Positions 58,470 to 64,000 of a stretch of 64,000 nt of DNA are shown here, piece after piece. Every line of letters begins with the position of its first letter. Positions within the stretch are counted from its first letter, which is position 1. The stretch covers positions 1 through 64,000 of the IMG/VR virus record IMGVR_UViG_3300028030_000005, one strand, 5' to 3'. The notes beneath the pieces were generated by a model that saw only the letters and a program-made list of their open reading frames with translations, made no database searches and was not told the origin of the DNA. The position numbers and the translations under genes were made by a program. This DNA comes from a virus.

Positions 58470-59431
58470 ATCTCTGTTGTTTTTCCGTTTACAGTTACTT
58501 TTACTTTACTACGTCTTTTAACTTTTCGAGTCCATTTTGTCTTATCGTGAACAAATTGACTACCGTCCCAATACCATTCTCCTGTTTTTAATCCTTCTAA
58601 CGTAAATCCATTTGGTACGTCCATTAGCGTACATCTGCAGTAGGGATGTGTCGGTCCCACTACCGGTTTTAGCTCTTTTACCTTTCGACCTACATTAGTG
58701 CCATTTTGTTTCAGGTCATATAATTTGAATAATATTGGTTGCGAACCCACCCCTGCTGTTGTGTATAATCTTTGACAGTGCGGACACGCACCTGCATATA
58801 CATCTTTATAAACTAATGCATCTGCTCCTTTCTTTCGTTGTACCATCATTGCCCTACCTTCATCAAATGCTGTGTGCATTACGTAGTCAGAGATTCTTGC
58901 TAAATCACGATTCCATTGTTGTGTTTTCTTTCCTATTGTTGACGTTACTTCTGTCACTGACTTTCTATCTGCAATTGCTTTTGCAGCTGCGTCAGTGACG
59001 AGTTTACTGTGCTTTACAGTATGTCGTTTTTTATCTGCAAATACTAATTCATCTGCAATTTGAGACTTGATTCGATTCGTTAATCGTGTAACGTCGTTAT
59101 ATGTTTGAGACTTAATGTTTTTCAGAGCAGCTCTTTCTAATGGATTCAACTTAAACATTTTGCCAGAGCTGATATATTGTTTAAGCTGCTTGTAGTCCAT
59201 ATTCATCACAGCAGCTTTCCCTAATGCTTCTGACAACAATCCAAACTTGAATGCGTGTTCAACGACACTTGTATCTTTCGCAATCGATTTATAGTTTATT
59301 CCTGCGTTTGTTAAGATAGATTTATCTTTTGATGATAGTACTTCTGTTCCTACATTATAAGCAATGAAGGTTAGTGTGTATCTATCTAAAATAGACAATA
59401 ACTCTTGTATTTGATTTGGATTTAGAATCAT
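58466..59431 (-). CDS. MuF / SPP1 gp7-like minor head protein
   Basis: ACPHC...PTHPYCRC. Confidence 0.85.
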   Translation of the reverse strand: MILNPNQIQELLSILDRYTLTFIAYNVGTEVLSSKDKSILTNAGINYKSIAKDTSVVEHAFKFGLLSEALGKAAVMNMDYKQLKQYISSGKMFKLNPLERAALKNIKSQTYNDVTRLTNRIKSQIADELVFADKKRHTVKHSKLVTDAAAKAIADRKSVTEVTSTIGKKTQQWNRDLARISDYVMHTAFDEGRAMMVQRKKGADALVYKDVYAGACPHCQRLYTTAGVGSQPILFKLYDLKQNGTNVGRKVKELKPVVGPTHPYCRCTLMDVPNGFTLEGLKTGEWYWDGSQFVHDKTKWTRKVKRRSKVKVTVNGKTTEI

Positions 59432-59646
59432 AATTTATCTAACTCATCTAATACAATGTAGTAGAAAGAATACATTTCGTATTCCAACAACACGTCTGCA
59501 AGATTATCCAGAACTACCTCCTGAGAAAATTGTGTGTTGTTTATTTTTAGCCATTGTCTGAATTCAGACATCGACATATCGCTTAACAATAATCGTGGGT
59601 CTGTTTGCAATTTAGCAGCTTTATTATTTATTTGCTCAACTGTCAT
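59428..59646 (-). CDS. Hypothetical protein (72 aa)
   Basis: ORF track; translationally coupled. Confidence 0.55.
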   Translation of the reverse strand: MTVEQINNKAAKLQTDPRLLLSDMSMSEFRQWLKINNTQFSQEVVLDNLADVLLEYEMYSFYYIVLDELDKL

Positions 59647-60161
59647 TGTATCTCAGATATCGTGATTAAATCATCGCCGTCACCATTACTTTCTTGATAC
59701 CAGTTATCTATCACTTCCTCTAAGCTATCAGCGCCCCACTCGTCTAATAAATCATCAATCTCATCCTGGCTATATCCTTGAAATCTGTTATGCAATAAGT
59801 GTTGAATCACATCACTCCCTCTCCCAATATAAACTTCATTGCCTTCTCCAGGACCGTATCTTTCGTAAGGAGTTATTGTGATTGCATACGTTTTGTTCAA
59901 ATCAATGTCTTTAACTGATTTAACGTCCTTTAAACCTTTGGTTGATGGCGCTCGATTAATGTTTTTAGCACTATATAACTCTTTTTTAGATATTGATTTC
60001 GGTTTTTTGTCTTTTTTAACAGGAACCCACTTACCTTCTGCAACCTTCTTAAATCCACGAGAAACGGTTCCTATAGGAACCTTTCTCCCCTTCTCTATGT
60101 TACCTAAAGTAGATATCTGCTTTACTACAGATTCTTTATGATGTTTAATAGTATTATCCAT
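59643..60161 (-). CDS. Putative head-cargo protein: shared IEKG-PIGT leader plus an acidic C-domain
   Basis: N-terminal ~58 aa are near-identical in part to those of 61313..61786. Confidence 0.65.
   Translation of the reverse strand: MDNTIKHHKESVVKQISTLGNIEKGRKVPIGTVSRGFKKVAEGKWVPVKKDKKPKSISKKELYSAKNINRAPSTKGLKDVKSVKDIDLNKTYAITITPYERYGPGEGNEVYIGRGSDVIQHLLHNRFQGYSQDEIDDLLDEWGADSLEEVIDNWYQESNGDGDDLITISEIQ
59988..60043. repeat. 56-bp direct repeat, copy 1
   Basis: One mismatch versus 61613-61668. Confidence 0.9.
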
Positions 60162-60273
60162 TTTTAGACTGTTTTTTACGTTTTACTAATTCAATTCCTA
60201 TCATTTTTTTATAAATACCGTCGTCCATACTACGATATGCTGTTAATAATTGTTGTGTTGTGTATTTTTCCAT
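60154..60273 (-). CDS. Small hypothetical protein (39 aa)
   Basis: MEKYTTQQLL...QSKNG read by hand; fills the gap. Confidence 0.45.
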   Translation of the reverse strand: MEKYTTQQLLTAYRSMDDGIYKKMIGIELVKRKKQSKNG

Positions 60274-60285
60274 AACTTTTTGATT

Positions 60286-61308
60286 TTATGCCATCATTGC
60301 TACAGCAACTTCTTTCCAATCTAAATTCGAACCAGATTCTGTTACTTTTTTCTTGATTAGTGCTATTTGTCCTAATGTTCGCGCATTCAAATCGCCTATA
60401 TCGATTTTGTCAGAAATCTCTTCTAAGAAGTCGATTGCTGCTTCTCTATCATCAGCACTAACCTGAATCGGATTGCCGTGATTGTCTTGAAACGGCATCT
60501 TGTGAATGAACGTTCTCATTCGCTCGATTGTTTCTTTTGGAGTCATTGAAAGGTCGATTGTTAGTGAGCGCGACCTTAGTGGCTGCGGCATTTCTTTTGC
60601 TGATAAATTGCTGATGAATATTACCTTTCCTGCGAATGTGAACCTTTGTGGAATTGGCTCTCCGTCAGAATCCTTAATTTTCTTTGCAGAACCATACGAA
60701 ATTGTACCATCTCCTGTAGTATCTAACGCTCCTTTCAAAATATTAATTGATGTTGGGTCCTCCAGTACACTATCACAATCGTCAAATATTAATAACTTAC
60801 CATTATGTTCGTACAACGCTTTGTATAGTGCTGTCGGAGTTGATTTTCCTGTGATTTTGATATAATCATAGCTATCAGAACCAGGCAAGTGTATGTCCTC
60901 GAGATATTCTTGTAGGTTGTGACGTTTCAGCGATTGTGTGACTGTGTACGTCTTTCCTACACCACCTATACCATATGAAATTGCACTTTTACCAAGTCCA
61001 TCGATTACCATATCGATAAACAACTCATAACTTTGCCAACGTTCGTGTACTCCTACAGGCGGTAATTTACTGACTGCTTTATCAAGTTCTTGTAGCTCTT
61101 TTTCTACTGAGTCATCTTTCGATTGATTATTCGAAGGTAGTGGTGAGTGATATTTCCATCCTTGTGCTGTTTTGATGAACATTCCATTCGGACGCTTTTT
61201 GATAGTTCCTATAGGTAGTGCGCGTGCTTTTTCAATAACATTACCAATATTTGACTTCACAATATTGTTAATTACTTGTTGTTTATGTTTTCTTATAATA
61301 TCGTCCAT
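60286..61308 (-). CDS. AAA+-type ATPase carrying the IEKA-PIGT leader
   Basis: GIGGVGKT Walker A, LLIFDDCD Walker B, NILKGALD, IFISN and LRSR. Confidence 0.8.
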   Translation of the reverse strand: MDDIIRKHKQQVINNIVKSNIGNVIEKARALPIGTIKKRPNGMFIKTAQGWKYHSPLPSNNQSKDDSVEKELQELDKAVSKLPPVGVHERWQSYELFIDMVIDGLGKSAISYGIGGVGKTYTVTQSLKRHNLQEYLEDIHLPGSDSYDYIKITGKSTPTALYKALYEHNGKLLIFDDCDSVLEDPTSINILKGALDTTGDGTISYGSAKKIKDSDGEPIPQRFTFAGKVIFISNLSAKEMPQPLRSRSLTIDLSMTPKETIERMRTFIHKMPFQDNHGNPIQVSADDREAAIDFLEEISDKIDIGDLNARTLGQIALIKKKVTESGSNLDWKEVAVAMMA

Positions 61309-61312
61309 TATT

Positions 61313-61786
61313 CTAAATTTTCTTTTTTATAATTATAGCTGGCATTTCGGTTCCGTACGCTCTACCCCTACCAGCTGTTTGAATCGTTATCGTTTCCCAT
61401 ACATCGAATCCTAATTTTTTAGCATAGTTTTTTATCTTTTTGTATTTTGGATTATTTAAGAAAATAGTAACAGTTAATATATTTTTATTTTTCCCACTAA
61501 AAAGTTTTTTGTAATGGCCGCTATACAACTTCCCGTATTCTTTTATTTTACTCCAATCTTGATTTAGTATTTCTTTATTTCGAGTTTGGATATCGTCGAG
61601 AGTGTCTTCTACAGATATTGATTTTGGTTTTTTGTCTTTTTTAACAGGAACCCACTTACCTTCTGCAATTTTCTTTAAACCATTATGAACTGTTCCTATA
61701 GGCACTTTTCGTCCTTTCTCAATATCGTTCCCTAACGACATAATTTGTTGAGTTATTGCTAACCTATGTTTTTGAATGTTATCCAT
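61313..61786 (-). CDS. Putative head-cargo protein: shared IEKG-PIGT leader plus a basic C-domain
   Basis: Leader paralogous to that of 59643..60161. Confidence 0.65.
   Translation of the reverse strand: MDNIQKHRLAITQQIMSLGNDIEKGRKVPIGTVHNGLKKIAEGKWVPVKKDKKPKSISVEDTLDDIQTRNKEILNQDWSKIKEYGKLYSGHYKKLFSGKNKNILTVTIFLNNPKYKKIKNYAKKLGFDVWETITIQTAGRGRAYGTEMPAIIIKKKI
61613..61668. repeat. 56-bp direct repeat, copy 2
   Basis: agatattgattttggttttttgtcttttttaacaggaacccacttaccttctgcaa. Confidence 0.9.
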
Positions 61787-62613
61787 TACTGCTTGATTTT
61801 CAAAGTTCCATTATCGTTCCACAAAGCTCCTACTGGCAATCCACTATCTGATGTCGGCAATTCCGGCATAATTATCTTTGGAGTGTTGAATGTTAGATGC
61901 TTAGCTCCTCCCATCATTATCCCTTCAATGATAGATTTGAGTCCATCTGTTTGGTCAGGATTTCCTATTTTAATCACACCAATTTTGTTTGGACCTGATG
62001 CAAATAGTCTATGTCCTATATACAAATTGTATGACCCTGTCTGCAATCCGTTTCCTGCTTCATTGCCAATGGCAATATTGTGATGTCCAGTAGTTATACT
62101 TCGTAAAGTGGACACTCCTAAAGCAATGTTATGATATCCTGAGCATCTCCATAAAGTTTCTTTTCCAATAGCAATATTGTAGTTTCCGGTTATTCTTTGT
62201 CCAGCACTATATCCAATTGCAACGTTGTGGTGTCCTGCTGTATTCATATATAACGAATAGCTACCAAAACTCGTATTTCCGTTACCGGTTTTATTAGAAT
62301 ATTGAGAACCATATCCTATTGCCGTGTTATTATCTCCAGAAAGCTGTTTATTCATCGTCCAGTGACCTATGAATGTATTATATTTGTTCTTTGTTGCTAT
62401 AAGGTCGGTATCAGTTGCTCCAACTATCAAATCTTTATTGTCTTCTAAACTCTGCAATCCTGTTGCGATAATTCTCCCATCATCGTTCAATGAAGGAAAT
62501 TGCGAAATTATCCAGTATAACTGCTTTTTCAATTCGTCGTCAGTCTCTTGCAGTGAATACTTGCTCTTACTTATTGCTTGAATTGCTTCTAATATTACAT
62601 CTATTCTTGCCAT
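61786..62613 (-). CDS. Fibre/adhesin-like protein with N.AIG (YadA-head-like) repeats
   Basis: Repeats of G..N.A(I/L)G about every 13-14 aa; C-terminal LPTSD.GL..GALWND.GTLKI. Confidence 0.7.
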   Translation of the reverse strand: MARIDVILEAIQAISKSKYSLQETDDELKKQLYWIISQFPSLNDDGRIIATGLQSLEDNKDLIVGATDTDLIATKNKYNTFIGHWTMNKQLSGDNNTAIGYGSQYSNKTGNGNTSFGSYSLYMNTAGHHNVAIGYSAGQRITGNYNIAIGKETLWRCSGYHNIALGVSTLRSITTGHHNIAIGNEAGNGLQTGSYNLYIGHRLFASGPNKIGVIKIGNPDQTDGLKSIIEGIMMGGAKHLTFNTPKIIMPELPTSDSGLPVGALWNDNGTLKIKQ

Positions 62614-63011
62614 TATTTAATCATTTTTAATACATCTAAATTCAAAGATAAAATTTCTTTCGGTAATTTACTCAACTCAAACCATTTCATCTGTGAGAAT
62701 TCGTTATTTGGCGTTAATTTCGGTTTTTTATCGTTTGTTTTTAAAACGAAAAACGCAACGAATGGTTTAGTCGGGTGTACAATCATTGGCAATCTCAAAG
62801 GATGTGCTATGATGCCAGCTTCCTCATATGTTTCACGAATTGCACTTTGAAGTGGATATTCGTTTCCATCAACTCCACCTCCAGGAAAAACCCACTTTCC
62901 GTCTCGTTCATCGTTTTGTCCTACTGACATTCCAAGAAGCAGGTTGTTATCATTATCAAATACGATAGCGACTGCTGCTTTTATTTCTTGCTTAAATCCT
63001 TTGAGTATCAT
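62613..63011 (-). CDS. Nudix hydrolase
   Basis: Nudix box GGGVDGNEYPLQSAIRETYEEAG. Confidence 0.92.
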   Translation of the reverse strand: MILKGFKQEIKAAVAIVFDNDNNLLLGMSVGQNDERDGKWVFPGGGVDGNEYPLQSAIRETYEEAGIIAHPLRLPMIVHPTKPFVAFFVLKTNDKKPKLTPNNEFSQMKWFELSKLPKEILSLNLDVLKMIK

Positions 63012-64000
63012 TAGTAAATTGTTCTAATATATTCCGCAACTTTTTTTGGACTGCGGTAGGTCTTTATTGCACTGTTGTAATGCTTTTTCATCATATTATC
63101 CACATCCTTCGGATTATTTCCGTATTTAACCAACAACTCTCTTACCTTTGATTTATGTTGCGCCAAAACTTCATCAGATTTCTTTAAAGTTAGTTCGTGA
63201 ATATTATCATCGATTTCTTTTCCTACAACATATTCCTTTCCATTATGTTTAATAGTTTCGCCTGGTTTGTAGAGTTTTTCCTCTGTATCGGGGTCGAGAA
63301 CATCGATTGTTAATTTTCCTCCATCATCAATTACGAAAGGATGTTCGTCAAACGAAGCCAGTTCGTCTTTGTATAGTTTCTTAGCGTCCGCATCGATTTT
63401 AGCTGCTTTGTCAGGATATTTTTCTTTCAGCTTTTTAATTTCTTGCTCTACTGCGTACGGAATATCGTGTTTGTCTGATGCTGCTCTATCGAGCGCAGTT
63501 TTTAACTCATTGATAGAGTATTTTGATGAGTTAGATTTCTTTTGTTTATTATTCATATGGTCAGACACAAGGTTTCTCAAGGTAGATGACTTCATTGTGT
63601 CTGTATGATACACTCCATTTTTCTTAGCATATTCTGTCAACTCATCTCGTGACATCGATGCTGCAGTTTTCTTATCAGACTTACTCGCTTGATGATGTTG
63701 TTGAGCTTTTTGACCAGTTCCTTTGCCGTAATATTTCCAACCAGACGATGTTTTTATGTATTGACGTCCACCAAACTTTTTAACTGTTCCGATTGGATGA
63801 ATTGTTCGTGCTTTTTCGATACCGAGAAGTTCAAATGCTTTTGAGACTTTGTCATCAAAAATATTTTCGTTGTTTATAGTTTTTGCTCGTACGAGACCTT
63901 CAACTATATCGACAACGTCATCTTTTGAAAGATTTTCGTGCCACGAACCTTCTTTGATGTTGTGTTTAGCTATCGACAAAGACAATCCTCTTATAGCAGC
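63011..64000 (-). CDS. Putative head-cargo protein with an internal IEKA-PIGT module; 5'-truncated by the window edge
   Basis: Frame is open to 64000; contains GIEKARTIHPIGTVKKFGGRQYIKTSSGWKY. Confidence 0.6.
   Translation of the reverse strand, partial: AAIRGLSLSIAKHNIKEGSWHENLSKDDVVDIVEGLVRAKTINNENIFDDKVSKAFELLGIEKARTIHPIGTVKKFGGRQYIKTSSGWKYYGKGTGQKAQQHHQASKSDKKTAASMSRDELTEYAKKNGVYHTDTMKSSTLRNLVSDHMNNKQKKSNSSKYSINELKTALDRAASDKHDIPYAVEQEIKKLKEKYPDKAAKIDADAKKLYKDELASFDEHPFVIDDGGKLTIDVLDPDTEEKLYKPGETIKHNGKEYVVGKEIDDNIHELTLKKSDEVLAQHKSKVRELLVKYGNNPKDVDNMMKKHYNSAIKTYRSPKKVAEYIRTIY

Noticed and set aside
625-63608. Plus-strand ORFs in the six-frame track (e.g. 56379..57080, 13145..13597, 27699..28094)
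   Set aside because: All are antisense to well-supported minus-strand genes, have no recognisable motifs and look like shadow ORFs.
1-64000. Stop-codon reassignment (as in some Bacteroidota phages)
   Set aside because: Long conserved genes are intact under the standard code, and TAG, TGA and TAA all end genes (e.g. TAG at 4270 and 17170).
1-64000. Prophage or integration functions
   Set aside because: No integrase, repressor-antirepressor switch, att site or flanking host genes are visible in this window.

Overview
A 64 kb segment of a lytic-type, contractile-tailed dsDNA phage. Essentially every real gene is on the minus strand. The host is probably a Bacteroidota bacterium, because TTTG/GTTG-N19-20-TAnnTTT(G/A) promoters are present. 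In transcription order (right to left) the window holds four blocks. (1) A cluster of putative head-packaged 'cargo' proteins next to a MuF gene; they share an IEK[GA]-PIGT module. (2) Holin, prohead protease/scaffold, a Herelleviridae-like major capsid protein, neck, sheath, tube, tape measure, baseplate, amidase endolysin, a cadherin-repeat protein with a glycosyltransferase-like neighbour, and a tail fibre. (3) A replication module: DnaQ-like exonuclease, large terminase, DnaB, primase, ligase and DnaE. It contains a 7-deazaguanine cluster: queD, queE, folE, a purine phosphoribosyltransferase, a dUTPase-family gene, a QueD-like T-fold domain fused to a nucleotide kinase, and a divergent DpdA/TGT. 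No queC or queF is in the window. (4) A recombination module: UvsY-like, gp32-like SSB, SbcD, RecA, SbcC and RuvC. Highlights are a candidate nucleotide-pool (pre-replicative) route for replacing G with 7-deazaguanine, a modular capsid-cargo leader system, a tRNA-His-like RNA whose anticodon loop is replaced by a GNRA-capped hairpin, a dispersed 47-bp promoter/operator repeat, and apparent avoidance of GATC, CATG and CTAG. All family calls come from motif recognition by eye, not from database searches.
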